In this document: positions 30,884-41,729 of the stretch, one piece after another
Numbering within the stretch: position 1 is the first letter of the stretch
Layout: the number at the start of each line of letters is the position of its first letter
NCBI GenBank assembly: GCA_965207345.1
Contig: OZ242280.1
Span: 760,316-824,315 of the forward strand
DNA from: Gammaproteobacteria bacterium
Lineage (GTDB): Bacteria > Pseudomonadota > Gammaproteobacteria > PS1 > Pseudothioglobaceae
Length of the DNA: 64,000 bases
Reading direction: 5' to 3'
Notes under the pieces: model-generated
The model's input: only the letters and a program-made list of their open reading frames with translations
The model's database searches: none
Told to the model about the DNA's origin: nothing
Translations under genes and position numbers: made by a program

Positions 30884-33645
30884 AAGGTTGTTATCTTATC
30901 AGATTGTGTATTTAAATTTGTAATTGCTTTATCAATCTTTTGTAATTTTTCACGCTCATTCATCACAATATATTTTGGCGCTCTGGTTAAAAATTTTTTG
31001 TTGGCTAATTTATTATCCAGGATAATTTTTTGTTTATTGAGTTTGGCAACCTCTTTTTTTAAACGTAAGAGTTCTTGATTTTTATCAATAATATTTGCTA
31101 GTGGAATGAGAATTTTCATTTCACCAACTAAAGCAACAGCGGATTCTGGTGTATCCATATTTTCGCTGAACAGTGTAATATCCTCAAGTTTTGCTAATTG
31201 TAAAATGATAGCACAGTAAGAATAAAAATATTGTTTCTCCTTTTGACTGTAATTAGTAACAAAGCATATCAATTTTTTGTTAGGTGCAATATTCATTTCT
31301 CCTCTTATTTGGCGCACACCAAGTATAAATTGTTGTAGCCAAATTATTTCTGTTTCTACATTTTTATCAATCGCATTTTTATTAAATTTTGGATAGGACA
31401 TCTCAGCTAAACTTCGTTTACTTAAATTTTCTTTTTGCATTTTTACCAATAATTCAGCGTATATTTCTTCTGTTATGAATGGTATGATTGGATTTAAGAG
31501 TGCTAAGATTTTACTCAGAGTATGAAAAAGTGTTTGCGTTGTTGCAGCTGCAGTTTTATCCTTATTTAACAAATATTTAGCAAATTCTAAATACCAATCA
31601 CAATAATCATGCCAGACAAAATCATAAAGCGCCTGTGCCATTAAATCAATACGATAATTAGCTAAATGTTTGTGCACATTTTGTTTGAGAGACTCTAATC
31701 TAGCAATAATCCATTTATCAATATTTGTCTTCTCGTATGCTTTTTCGTGCAGTAAGTCTGCATTTGTTTGCATGAGTATAAAACGCGCAGCATTCCATAA
31801 TTTATTGCAAAAATTGCGATAACCATAAGCACGCTTCAAATCAAAATTAATATCGCGTCCAAAAGATGCAAGTGCTGCAAAAGTAAAACGAAGCGCATCC
31901 GCACCAAACGCAGCAATACCATCTGGAAATTCCCTTCTAGTCGCTTTTATAATGTTATTTTTCATACGTGGCTGCATTAAATTGCGCGTTCTTTTTTTAA
32001 TTAATTCTTGCAAACTTATGCCATCAATTAAGTCAATAGGATCTAAAATATTGCCTTTTGATTTTGACATTTTTTTTCCATGCGAGTCGCGGATGAGCCC
32101 TGTCATATAAATATCTTTAAAGGGTATATCGCCTGCAAACTTTAAACCGAACATAATCATTCTAGCAACCCAGAAAAAAATAATATCAAAACCAGTAACT
32201 AGGACATCAGTAGGATAAAAACGCTTAAATGCCTTTGTCTTTTCTGGCCAGCCTAAAGTTGAAAAGGGCCACAATGCCGAGGAAAACCAAGTATCTAAAA
32301 CGTCTTCGTCTTGTTGCAAAACAATATCATCAGAGAGATTATATTCTTTGCGCACGCTAATTTCATCAAAACCAACATACACTTTACCATGAGAATCATA
32401 CCAAGCAGGAATACGGTGTCCCCACCAAATTTGGCGAGAAATACACCAGTCATCAATATTCTCTAACCAATTAAAATAGGTTTTTTGCCAATTGCTGGGC
32501 ACAAAACGAATAGTACCATTTTTAACTGCATCAATTGCTGGCTTTGCTAATGGCAGAGTTTTAACAAACCATTGATTAGTTAAATAAGGTTCTAAAATTG
32601 CACCGCTACGGTCTCCTCGTGGTAAAGTGAGTTTGTGATCTTCAATCTTAACTAATAATCCAGCATCAGCTAAGTCTTTTAAAATTTTTTCTCTCGCTTT
32701 AAAACGGTCTAATCCCCAATAGGCTTTTGGGGTATTTTTATTCATTTTAGCATCGGGTGTGAATAAATTAATGATTTCCATTTTATGGCGTTTACCCACT
32801 TCCCAATCGTTAAAATCGTGTGCAGGGGTAATTTTAACGCAACCTGTGCCAAAATCTATGGCAACATACTCGTCAGCAATAATGGGTATTTTTCTATCAG
32901 TCATTGGCACCCAAACCCACTTGCCTACCAAGTTTTTATAACGCCCATCAGTAGGGTTAACTGCTAAAGCACCATCGGCTAAAATAGTTTCTGGACGTGT
33001 GGTTGCAATCTCCATAAAACCATCATCATCAACAAAAGGATAATGAACATGGTGCATAAAGCCGTTTTCTTCTTTAGAAACGACTTCTAAATCTGAAAGA
33101 GCAGTTTGTAATACAGGATCCCAATTAACCAGTCGTTTGCCACGATAAATTAAACCCTCTTCAAATAATTGGATAAATACTTTATTGACTGCTCTGGATA
33201 AGCCTTCATCCATCGTAAATCGCTCTCTTGACCAGTCAACAGAAACACCAAGACGGCGCATTTGTTCGGTGATACGACCGCCAGAATTTTCCTTCCAAGC
33301 CCAAATTCTTTGAATAAATTTATCCCGACCTAAATCGTGTTTATTTTCTCCTTTTGCACTGAGCATTCCTTCCACAACCATTTGTGTCGCAATACCTGCA
33401 TGATCTGTACCTGTCTGCCACAGCGTTTGTTTGCCACACATTCTATGGTAACGCACGAGAATATCCATAATTGTATGTTGAAAGGCATGCCCCATATGCA
33501 AACTACCAGTAATATTAGGCGGTGGTAACATGATAGCGTAAGATTGTTTAGCATTTTTTTGATATTCAGCACTAAAAAAATTATTTAGATTCCAAAATGC
33601 ACGATATTTATTTTCAATTTGTTTGGGCTGATAAGTTTTGTCCAT
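30880..33645 (-). CDS. valS: Valine--tRNA ligase
   Basis: 921 aa with PPPNITGSLHMGHA (HIGH), KMSKSKGN and a C-terminal coiled coil. Confidence 0.97.
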   Translation of the reverse strand: MDKTYQPKQIENKYRAFWNLNNFFSAEYQKNAKQSYAIMLPPPNITGSLHMGHAFQHTIMDILVRYHRMCGKQTLWQTGTDHAGIATQMVVEGMLSAKGENKHDLGRDKFIQRIWAWKENSGGRITEQMRRLGVSVDWSRERFTMDEGLSRAVNKVFIQLFEEGLIYRGKRLVNWDPVLQTALSDLEVVSKEENGFMHHVHYPFVDDDGFMEIATTRPETILADGALAVNPTDGRYKNLVGKWVWVPMTDRKIPIIADEYVAIDFGTGCVKITPAHDFNDWEVGKRHKMEIINLFTPDAKMNKNTPKAYWGLDRFKAREKILKDLADAGLLVKIEDHKLTLPRGDRSGAILEPYLTNQWFVKTLPLAKPAIDAVKNGTIRFVPSNWQKTYFNWLENIDDWCISRQIWWGHRIPAWYDSHGKVYVGFDEISVRKEYNLSDDIVLQQDEDVLDTWFSSALWPFSTLGWPEKTKAFKRFYPTDVLVTGFDIIFFWVARMIMFGLKFAGDIPFKDIYMTGLIRDSHGKKMSKSKGNILDPIDLIDGISLQELIKKRTRNLMQPRMKNNIIKATRREFPDGIAAFGADALRFTFAALASFGRDINFDLKRAYGYRNFCNKLWNAARFILMQTNADLLHEKAYEKTNIDKWIIARLESLKQNVHKHLANYRIDLMAQALYDFVWHDYCDWYLEFAKYLLNKDKTAAATTQTLFHTLSKILALLNPIIPFITEEIYAELLVKMQKENLSKRSLAEMSYPKFNKNAIDKNVETEIIWLQQFILGVRQIRGEMNIAPNKKLICFVTNYSQKEKQYFYSYCAIILQLAKLEDITLFSENMDTPESAVALVGEMKILIPLANIIDKNQELLRLKKEVAKLNKQKIILDNKLANKKFLTRAPKYIVMNEREKLQKIDKAITNLNTQSDKITTL

Positions 33646-33748
33646 AAGATGTGATGTTAATAAAGAATAATAAGCACAACAAAAATTGCTATTTTCGAAA
33701 TTAACTAGCGGTTTTTTAAAGTTTATATGATATATTTTTAATCTTCAT

Positions 33749-34333
33749 TTACACAATGTTTTCTCTACCTGCTATAGCGTGTGCAATGGTGTTTACATCT
33801 GTATATCCTAACTCACCTCCAAGTGGAATACCGTGTGCAATACGCGTGATATTAATTTGATATGGCTTTATCATATTAATAAGATAATGTGCAGTTACTT
33901 CACCTTCAATGGTGGCATTTGTTGCTAAAATAACCTCTGAGATTTCTTTTGCTGCCAGTTTTTTTTGTAGGTAATCAATGCCTAACTCTTTAACACTAAT
34001 ACCATCAATAGGTGACAGATAACCACCGAGAACAAAATATAATCCTGTGTATATTTGTGTTTGTTCTATGGCATCAATATCGCTGGAAGTTTCAACAATA
34101 CATAATTGTTTTTTGTCACGTTTTTCATTTGCACACAATTCGCAAATATCATGCTCGGTAAATTGACGACATGAGCGACAATGCTTAATATGATTCATTG
34201 CATCTAATAATTTTTCTGCAAGCATAGCGCCTCCTTTTCTATTACGTTCCAACAAGTGATAAATAAATCGCTGGGCCGTTTTATGACCAACCCCAGGCAG
34301 AACACAAAAAGCTTGATTAAGCGCTTTAATCAT
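33749..34333 (-). CDS. recR: Recombination protein RecR
   Basis: 194 aa with LPGVGHKTAQR (HhH), a C4 zinc finger (CRSC...CELC) and a Toprim domain. Confidence 0.95.
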   Translation of the reverse strand: MIKALNQAFCVLPGVGHKTAQRFIYHLLERNRKGGAMLAEKLLDAMNHIKHCRSCRQFTEHDICELCANEKRDKKQLCIVETSSDIDAIEQTQIYTGLYFVLGGYLSPIDGISVKELGIDYLQKKLAAKEISEVILATNATIEGEVTAHYLINMIKPYQINITRIAHGIPLGGELGYTDVNTIAHAIAGRENIV

Positions 34334-34362
34334 AAAATAAAAGATCGTGCATCACGTTCATA

Positions 34363-34683
34363 TTAAAATGGCATTCTAAATCCAGGTGGTAAGTTAATGC
34401 CGCCTGTTAGATTTCGCATAGCTTTTGTGTTTTTATCATTAATTTTATGACTTGCATCATTGATAGCAGCAACAATAAGATCTTCTAACATTTCTTTATC
34501 ATCTAGTACACTTTCATCAATTTTCACGCGTTTTGCTTCATAGCCGCCTGTCATAACAACACTGACTAAATCCGCACCTGCATTACCAACCACCTCAGCA
34601 ATTTTGAGTTCTTCTTGCATTTTTTGCATCTGCTCTTGCATTTTTTGTGCTTGTTTCATCATGCCTGCCATATCTTTTAACAT
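34363..34683 (-). CDS. ybaB: Nucleoid-associated protein YbaB/EbfC
   Basis: 106 aa with the [20 protein letters not shown]-terminus and a [13 protein letters not shown] tail. It sits in the conserved dnaX-ybaB-recR order. Confidence 0.9.
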   Translation of the reverse strand: MLKDMAGMMKQAQKMQEQMQKMQEELKIAEVVGNAGADLVSVVMTGGYEAKRVKIDESVLDDKEMLEDLIVAAINDASHKINDKNTKAMRNLTGGINLPPGFRMPF

Positions 34684-34908
34684 ATTCTTACCCTCTTTTC
34701 TCTTAACATATTTTTATTTTCTCTTTTTTAACATATTCTTATGCTCTATTTTTAGTATATTAGCTATTCTTTTTTTGTATTAATTTAACACTACTAGCAT
34801 TTGTTTTACTATTAAATATTTTTTCTAATTTTTGTAGCGTTTTATTTTGCAAAAATTCGTCTTTATTTTTTTCTTGATCCTGCCAGTCTTTATGATTATT
34901 TATGGTGA

Positions 34909-36057
34909 TTATTTGCCGTTTTTTTTTTCGTCTTTATTTTTTACTTTTGTATTACTTTTTATAGCTACATCATTTTTTACTTCCGCGTTGAAAGCAAGTA
35001 TTCTAAGCAAGACCATCTCAAAACCAATTTGTTCATTTGGTGCAAAACCCAGTTGTTTTTGCCCATCAATACTGATTTGATAATATAATTGTAATTCTGC
35101 CTGACTTACGTTAGATGCAAGCGCGCTCAGTGTTTTATCCGTTTCTAATTCATCTGCAAGTTTTATAATCGCTAGTCGGTGAAACAACTCTGCTAAGTTG
35201 CTAAGTGTATGGCGTAAATTATTACCGCTGTTAACCAGTTTTTCACTAAGTGCTAGCGTTTTTTTAACTTCATCGTGCAGTAAATATTTTGCAAGCATAA
35301 CGACACTATCATGTTCAACTAAGCCAAGCATTGCACTTACCTCATCTATTTTAACCTGACCGTTACCGTAAGCAATAGCTTGGTCTAGAAGACTCAGCGC
35401 ATCACGCATACTGCCTTCTCCATAATTTGCAATGTGCTTCAGTGCTGTTTCATCAAAATTAATTTTTTCTGCATTCAAAATATGTGCAAGCTGTTTTCCA
35501 ATGTCAGCTTGTGAAATTCTTTGCAAATTAAATCGTAGACAACGAGATAAAACTGTGATAGGTAGCTTTTGCGGGTCAGTTGTTGCGAGTAGAAATTTAA
35601 TGTGACTAGGTGGTTCTTCTAAAGTTTTGAGAAGTGCGTTAAAACTGCTTTTTGAGAGCATATGCACTTCATCAATAAGATAAATTTTATAACGACTTTT
35701 ACTCGGCAGATATTGTGCATTTTCTAAAATTTCACGCATATCTTCAACTTTTGTACGCGAGGCAGCATCAAACTCAATTAGATCCATTGATCGACCTCCA
35801 GCAATTTCTAAACAAGAATTACATGTGCCACATGGCGTATCACTAATGCCTTTTTCACAATTTAAACATTTTGCCAAGATGCGTGCAATCGTTGTTTTAC
35901 CTACACCACGCGTGCCGGTAAATAAAAATGCATGATGTAAAAAATTATGATTAAGCGCATTCATAAGTGTTTTAACACTATGCGCTTGTCCTATAAATTC
36001 GGCAAAATTTTTAGGGCGATATTTCCTTGCTAAAACTTGATAATTCTCATTTTTCAT
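34909..36057 (-). CDS. dnaX: DNA polymerase III subunit gamma/tau (zero-frame product only 382 aa)
   Basis: Has YRPKNFAEFIGQ, Walker A GTRGVGKTT, the zinc module CGTCNSC, Walker B IDEVHMLS and SRC. The ORF stops 3 codons after an A10 run (34919-34928). Confidence 0.9.
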   Translation of the reverse strand: MKNENYQVLARKYRPKNFAEFIGQAHSVKTLMNALNHNFLHHAFLFTGTRGVGKTTIARILAKCLNCEKGISDTPCGTCNSCLEIAGGRSMDLIEFDAASRTKVEDMREILENAQYLPSKSRYKIYLIDEVHMLSKSSFNALLKTLEEPPSHIKFLLATTDPQKLPITVLSRCLRFNLQRISQADIGKQLAHILNAEKINFDETALKHIANYGEGSMRDALSLLDQAIAYGNGQVKIDEVSAMLGLVEHDSVVMLAKYLLHDEVKKTLALSEKLVNSGNNLRHTLSNLAELFHRLAIIKLADELETDKTLSALASNVSQAELQLYYQISIDGQKQLGFAPNEQIGFEMVLLRILAFNAEVKNDVAIKSNTKVKNKDEKKNGK

Positions 36058-36060
36058 TAC

Positions 36061-39000
36061 TTATAACTCACCATGATATTTTTTGATGGGTTTTAGTAAA
36101 AATCGCGTTATTTTAGCTAATATTTTTTTCATATCAAAACTAATTATATATAAACATGGTAGCAGTATGAGAGTTAATGGCATAGCAAATAATAAGCCAT
36201 AACCAAGTGCTAACGCCATTGGTTCTAAAAATGGATCAGAACCGCCAATGCCATAAGCTAGCGGAATAACGCTCACAAAGGTTGTTAATGTTGTTAAAAC
36301 AATGGCTCGTAGCCTTTCTTTTGTTGCAAAGGCGACGAGATTTATAATATGTACGTGTTTTTTTATAGTGTATTTTTTAATTTTTTGATTGATACGATTT
36401 ACCAAAATCAGTGAATCATTGACCACGACACCAATCATACCAACTGCACCTAACATCGCCATAAAGCTAAGTGCTACTTGATGAAAATAAAAACTAAAAA
36501 TAATACCTGATAATCCAAATGGGATAGCAGTCATAACCAAAAATGGTTGTGTTAGTGAATTAAATAGCAACATAAGTAATAAGTAAATTGCAACTATAGC
36601 AATAAAAAAGGCGCGCCCTAAACTTTCTAATGATTCTTCAGTATCACGCGATATACCGCCTGTTATTATTCTGAGTGTTGGATAATTTTCTGCATTTAAC
36701 GCATTAATTGCATCATAAGTAATTTTTTGTGCAGTAGTTTTTTGTTCGTTGATATAAGCCTCTACTCTAATGGAGCGTTGCCCATCTGTGTGGTAACGAA
36801 TAGGCTCAGCTTGTCTATCAACGAGCGTTGCAAATTGCCTAAGTTCAATAAAACGGTTATTGTGATTATTAATCTTAAGCGCAAGTATGTCTTGATTATC
36901 AGTATCTAATTTCACTCTAAAATCAACATCTTCATCACCATAGCGAACTGTTGTAGCAACAATACCATCAATGCCTGCTTGTAAATAGTTTTCAACGTGG
37001 CGAATATCTACACCGAGTGCTGCCATTTTTTCATAATCTAAGCGCACTTCTATTTGTTCTTTAGCACTACTGTCATTACGTTTAACATTATACACATTAG
37101 GATTTTTCTTGAGCCAAGCCTCAAGCTGGTTTGTAGCAACTAAACGTTCTTTGTCATTATTACTCATTAATGTAATTTCAACCGCAGCACCAACTGGGGG
37201 ACCACCGCCTTCAGTGCTATAAATAACACTTGCATTTTTAATTTTTGTTTTTTCTTGCAGTTCTTCCACAATCTCATAAACCTCACGTGCACGTTTGTTA
37301 ATAGGTGTTAAATACACAGTAATTAGGCTTAGGTGTTTGCCATTAATATCAGTGTTATCAACGACATTACCACCATCACCAAGTCGCGAAACATAAGTGA
37401 CTAATTCATTTTCAGGAAGGGTTTTAATAAGCATTTCAACTTTTTTAACAACTGCTAAATTATCTTCAAGTGAGGTACTAATAGGCAGTTCTATTTTGAC
37501 ATTGAAACGATCAGCACCGTCATTTGGAAATACATTAATATGCGATTTTGTCAGCACAATAAAAATTGCAAGTCCTAATATTAATATAAAAACAAAAAGT
37601 ACATAGTAACGTCTATTAAGCAGTAAATGAATTAAACCGTAAAAATTACGTTCTGCCACTTTAAACCAAACTTTGCGCCTTGATGGTTTGCTATGTAGAA
37701 GATGTGCAGGCAGGGCGAAGGTAATTTCCAAAAATGAAAGCATTAGGGCAAAAATAACAACAAGTGGAATTACAAAAATGAATTTACCGACAATGCCTGT
37801 CATAAACAGCATCGGTGCAAAAGCAGCAATGGTAGTAAGTATGGTAATAAAAATTGGTGCATAAACTTCAGATAATCCCTTTACAATAGCATTTAGCTGA
37901 TTTTTACCCTTTTCTTTATAACGATAAATATTCTCAGCAACAATAATTGAATCATCAACTACAATACCAAGCACCAAAATTATTCCCGCTAGCACAACTA
38001 CATTAAGTGTTTCTCCAAATATCCACAGCAAAAAAATACTGCCAAGTAAAGAAACTGGAATACTTAAACTCACCCAAAAAGCAAGACGCGTGGTTAAAAA
38101 AATGGTGAGAATAATAAGCACCGCAATTAAGCCAATTAAGCCGTTATTTACCAGCACATTTAAACGATTATCAATATAAAAAGCATCTTCGTTGCTAAAA
38201 CTTACACTAACTTCAGAATTTGCTACACTAAATAGTGCCATATAATCCTTGATACGTTTTGTAGTTTTTATAATATCAGCATCTTCCTCTTTAATTATTT
38301 CCAAAGATATGCTAGGAAAACCGTTGGTACGGTTTATCGTATCAGTTTTTTTTGAGGTAATGGTAATACTTGCAACATCAGATAAATGAATAATAGGGCC
38401 TAAAAAATCAGCAGATACCACAACCTCTTTTAGTTTCTCAGGTGTCTGAAACTCAGAGAGGGTAATAACGTTTTTAGCAGTAAAATCCTTAATCACCTCC
38501 CCTGCAGTAGCACGTCTGTTATTATTTTGTATGGCAGTTATAATATCGGTTAGGCTGAGGCGATATTCGTTTAATTTTTGAGTATTTAGGTGAATCTCTA
38601 TCTCTCTAGGATAATAACCATATTTTTGCACGAGTGCCACGCCAGGTAAATCACCAATATTGTCAGCAAGCTGTTTAGAGATCGTGCGTAATTCTTCATA
38701 GGGGACGTCTGAGCTTAAATTAATTTCTAGAAAGGCGCGCAAGTTTGTATCTACTTCAATAACCCAGGGTCTATCATCTAAAGTTGTTGGTAAATCATTT
38801 AAACTATTAACAGCATCCTTAATTTTTTGTTTGACTTTATCGGTATCATTCAAATTTTGCTCTAGCCTAACAACAACAAGTGCAGAATTATCCTTTGAAC
38901 TAGAAGTAAATTCTTTAATACCCGTAATAGATTTAATACTATCTTCAATTTTATTGGTAACATCAAGTTCTACTTGGGTGGATGAAGCGTTTGGATAATT

Positions 39001-39150
39001 CGCCCCAATCATCACAATATCAAATTCAACCTGAGGAAATAAATCTCGCTGAATATTAGAAAGTGCTGTAATACCCAGTATAATCATCAGAATTGTAAAT
39101 AATCGCGCAAGCTGCGTATTGCTAGATAAAAAGCGTAAGATATCATTCAT
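36061..39150 (-). CDS. RND family efflux permease (AcrB/HAE-type)
   Basis: 1029 aa with 12 TM helices and two large periplasmic loops. AcrB-like segments include VVLAGIILVLGIVVDDSIIVAENI and GMIGVVVNDSLILV. Confidence 0.85.
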   Translation of the reverse strand: MNDILRFLSSNTQLARLFTILMIILGITALSNIQRDLFPQVEFDIVMIGANYPNASSTQVELDVTNKIEDSIKSITGIKEFTSSSKDNSALVVVRLEQNLNDTDKVKQKIKDAVNSLNDLPTTLDDRPWVIEVDTNLRAFLEINLSSDVPYEELRTISKQLADNIGDLPGVALVQKYGYYPREIEIHLNTQKLNEYRLSLTDIITAIQNNNRRATAGEVIKDFTAKNVITLSEFQTPEKLKEVVVSADFLGPIIHLSDVASITITSKKTDTINRTNGFPSISLEIIKEEDADIIKTTKRIKDYMALFSVANSEVSVSFSNEDAFYIDNRLNVLVNNGLIGLIAVLIILTIFLTTRLAFWVSLSIPVSLLGSIFLLWIFGETLNVVVLAGIILVLGIVVDDSIIVAENIYRYKEKGKNQLNAIVKGLSEVYAPIFITILTTIAAFAPMLFMTGIVGKFIFVIPLVVIFALMLSFLEITFALPAHLLHSKPSRRKVWFKVAERNFYGLIHLLLNRRYYVLFVFILILGLAIFIVLTKSHINVFPNDGADRFNVKIELPISTSLEDNLAVVKKVEMLIKTLPENELVTYVSRLGDGGNVVDNTDINGKHLSLITVYLTPINKRAREVYEIVEELQEKTKIKNASVIYSTEGGGPPVGAAVEITLMSNNDKERLVATNQLEAWLKKNPNVYNVKRNDSSAKEQIEVRLDYEKMAALGVDIRHVENYLQAGIDGIVATTVRYGDEDVDFRVKLDTDNQDILALKINNHNNRFIELRQFATLVDRQAEPIRYHTDGQRSIRVEAYINEQKTTAQKITYDAINALNAENYPTLRIITGGISRDTEESLESLGRAFFIAIVAIYLLLMLLFNSLTQPFLVMTAIPFGLSGIIFSFYFHQVALSFMAMLGAVGMIGVVVNDSLILVNRINQKIKKYTIKKHVHIINLVAFATKERLRAIVLTTLTTFVSVIPLAYGIGGSDPFLEPMALALGYGLLFAMPLTLILLPCLYIISFDMKKILAKITRFLLKPIKKYHGEL

Positions 39151-39441
39151 AACCGTTCATTTTTTGCGGTTATTTTACTTGCAGTATTTCTTTTTTTAAC
39201 ACAAAATTTTCTCATACCAGCTAGACAAATAGCATGGTTTTATAACACCCTAGTAATATTCGTAGCTAAATAATTTAAAAAGTTATTATTTTTTAAGATA
39301 ATCATTTAACCGTTTTGATGCATTATATTTTTTAGCACTAGACTAGATAAGATTGTTATTAGATTTTTAGGTAAAAAACGATATTTTTATCTTGATAATT
39401 TTGCATAAAATATGAACTCATAAGTTAATTTTAAAAATATT

Positions 39442-40278
39442 CTAAAGTAATTTATTTTCTAAAAATGAAGATTTTTTAACTACTAAATCAATTTCTTTTA
39501 GGGTTTTTAACAGGCCCCTGATGTGGTTAAGCGGCATAGAATTTGCTCCATCACTCAGTGCTTTTTCAGGCTCAGGGTGTGTTTCTATAAAAATTCCGGA
39601 TACCCCGCTAGCAATAGCAGCGCGCGCAAGTATAGGCACAAATTCTTTTTGTCCACCTGAGACACTTCCTTTTCCACCTGGTTGCTGGACTGAGTGCGTA
39701 GCATCAAATATCACAGGGCAATTTGTTTTACGCATAATAGCCAATGCGCGCATATCCGAGATGAGTGTATTATAACCAAAACTTACACCACGCTCGCATA
39801 CCATAATTTGTTGATTACCCACTGCTTTTGCTTTTTGCACCACATTTATCATATCCCATGGTGCTTGAAATTGTCCTTTTTTAATATTCATCGGTTTTCC
39901 CTGACGTGCTACATTTTCAATAAAATTTGTTTGACGCACGAGAAAAGCAGGCGTTTGCAAAACATCAACCACATCAGCAACCTCATCAAGCGGTGTATCT
40001 TCATGTACATCGGTAAGTACAGGTACACCAATCTCATTTTTCACTTTTTGTAAAATATGTAACCCTGCACTTAACCCTAAGCCTCTAAAGCTTTTAGCAC
40101 TCGTGCGATTTGCTTTGTCAAAAGAAGATTTATAGATAAAATGTATGCCGAGCTCACTGGTTATTTTTTTGAGTATTTCAGCAGTGTTAAGTGCTAATTT
40201 TTCCGATTCAATAACACAAGGTCCTGCAATTAAAAAAAATGGTTTGTTGATACCAATATCAAAATGCAGTAATTTCAT
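39442..40278 (-). CDS. kdsA: 3-deoxy-8-phosphooctulonate (KDO-8-P) synthase
   Basis: 278 aa with [42 protein letters not shown] and DATHSVQ. Confidence 0.95.
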   Translation of the reverse strand: MKLLHFDIGINKPFFLIAGPCVIESEKLALNTAEILKKITSELGIHFIYKSSFDKANRTSAKSFRGLGLSAGLHILQKVKNEIGVPVLTDVHEDTPLDEVADVVDVLQTPAFLVRQTNFIENVARQGKPMNIKKGQFQAPWDMINVVQKAKAVGNQQIMVCERGVSFGYNTLISDMRALAIMRKTNCPVIFDATHSVQQPGGKGSVSGGQKEFVPILARAAIASGVSGIFIETHPEPEKALSDGANSMPLNHIRGLLKTLKEIDLVVKKSSFLENKLL

Positions 40279-40440
40279 AATATTTCTTGTTTAAAAATAA
40301 GATTAAGAATAGATTATGCTGGTTTTACATCCATCATGTGCGAAGCAATATTATAACGCAAATACATAAACTTTTTTTAATCTAAATATTTGGCTAGGTA
40401 AAATACTAATAATTTAGCGTTGAACTAAAAATCTTTAAAG

Positions 40441-41274
40441 ATGAATGTGCAATCTGATTTACTCACAAAAATTCTTAGTTATAAAAAAATGGAAGTTACT
40501 CATGCAAAGGATATACTCAGTCTTAAAAAGGTTAAAAATTTGCTAAAAAATTTACCTCCGTGCCGAGATTTTTACCATGCACTTAATATTCGTATTCAAA
40601 ATAAAAAACCTGCTGTGATCGGAGAAATTAAAAAAAGCTCACCTACTCAAGGAGTTATTAGAGAGTATTTTTTACCTAATTTGCTGGCTATGGATTATGA
40701 ACAAGGTGGGGCATGTTGTTTATCAGTGCTAACTGATTATAAATTTTTTGATGGTAGTCCAACTTACTTGATTGAGGCAAAACGCGCATGCAGTTTACCT
40801 ATTTTGCGTAAAGACTTTATGATTGACCCATATCAAATTTATGAATCGCGTTTAATGGGCGCAGATTGTATTTTGCTCATTATTGCTGCCTTAGAAGATA
40901 ACATGCTAGCGCAATTAACAAAGATTGCTAGGGCGCTTGGTATGGCAGTATTATTTGAAGTGCACAATGAAAATGAACTAGAACGCGCCTTAGTGCAGTG
41001 CGCTAAATTTAAAACAGCAATGATTGGTATTAATAATCGTAATTTAAAAACTTTTACCATAGATTTGAATACTACATTTAAGTTATGCTCTGCACTGTAT
41101 AAACTACAAAAATCAATATCAAGCGAAATAATAGTGATTAGCGAAAGTGGCATTAGAACTAAAGAACATATTAAGATGATGTGCTCACATGGTGTTTATG
41201 GCTTTCTAATCGGAGAGTCACTAATGCGCGCAAAAAATATCACGCATGCACTTCATTCATTAATTGAAGATTGA
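40441..41274 (+). CDS. trpC: Indole-3-glycerol phosphate synthase
   Basis: 277 aa with IGEIKKSSPTQG, LSVLTD, ILRKDF, ADCILLI, FEVHNE, IGINNRNLKTF and ISESGI. Confidence 0.9.
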   Translation: MNVQSDLLTKILSYKKMEVTHAKDILSLKKVKNLLKNLPPCRDFYHALNIRIQNKKPAVIGEIKKSSPTQGVIREYFLPNLLAMDYEQGGACCLSVLTDYKFFDGSPTYLIEAKRACSLPILRKDFMIDPYQIYESRLMGADCILLIIAALEDNMLAQLTKIARALGMAVLFEVHNENELERALVQCAKFKTAMIGINNRNLKTFTIDLNTTFKLCSALYKLQKSISSEIIVISESGIRTKEHIKMMCSHGVYGFLIGESLMRAKNITHALHSLIED

Positions 41275-41318
41275 ACTTTATGTTAAAAGTTAGTATTTAA
41301 AATTTATAGGAGATTAAA

Positions 41319-41729
41319 ATGCAAGTCGGCGTGCGATGGTTAAATGATATGAAGATGGAGGCAAAAACACAAAATGGCTATAAAATACATATGGATGGGC
41401 CACCCCATTTCGGCGAGCAGAATAATGGTGCACGTCCGATGGAGATGTTACTGATGGGTTTGGGTGGTTGTATGACGGTTGACGTTGTGGGCATTTTAAA
41501 AAAAATGCGTCAAATTATTTATGACTGCAGTGTGCAGATTAAAGCAAAACGTGCGCCAGAGCCACCAAAAATATTTACGCATATTCACTTGCATTTTATT
41601 TTAAAAGGGGATAATTTGGAAAACATTAAGATAATAAAAGCGCTCAATTTATCGGCGCATAAATATTGTTCAGCGTCTATGATGTTGGGGAAAATGGCAA
41701 ATATTAGTCACGATTTTGAAGTATTATGA
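41319..41729 (+). CDS. OsmC/Ohr family peroxiredoxin-like protein
   Basis: 136 aa with RPMEMLLMGLGGC and a second Cys context (HKYCSAS) typical of OsmC. Confidence 0.7.
   Translation: MQVGVRWLNDMKMEAKTQNGYKIHMDGPPHFGEQNNGARPMEMLLMGLGGCMTVDVVGILKKMRQIIYDCSVQIKAKRAPEPPKIFTHIHLHFILKGDNLENIKIIKALNLSAHKYCSASMMLGKMANISHDFEVL

Noticed and set aside
34847-35080. 77-aa plus-strand ORF rich in F/L/I
   Set aside because: It is antisense to the dnaX 3' end and to the poly-A/T tract, so it is a translation artefact of AT-rich DNA.
39521-40053. Two plus-strand ORFs (84 and 119 aa)
   Set aside because: They are antisense to kdsA, whose identity is unambiguous.
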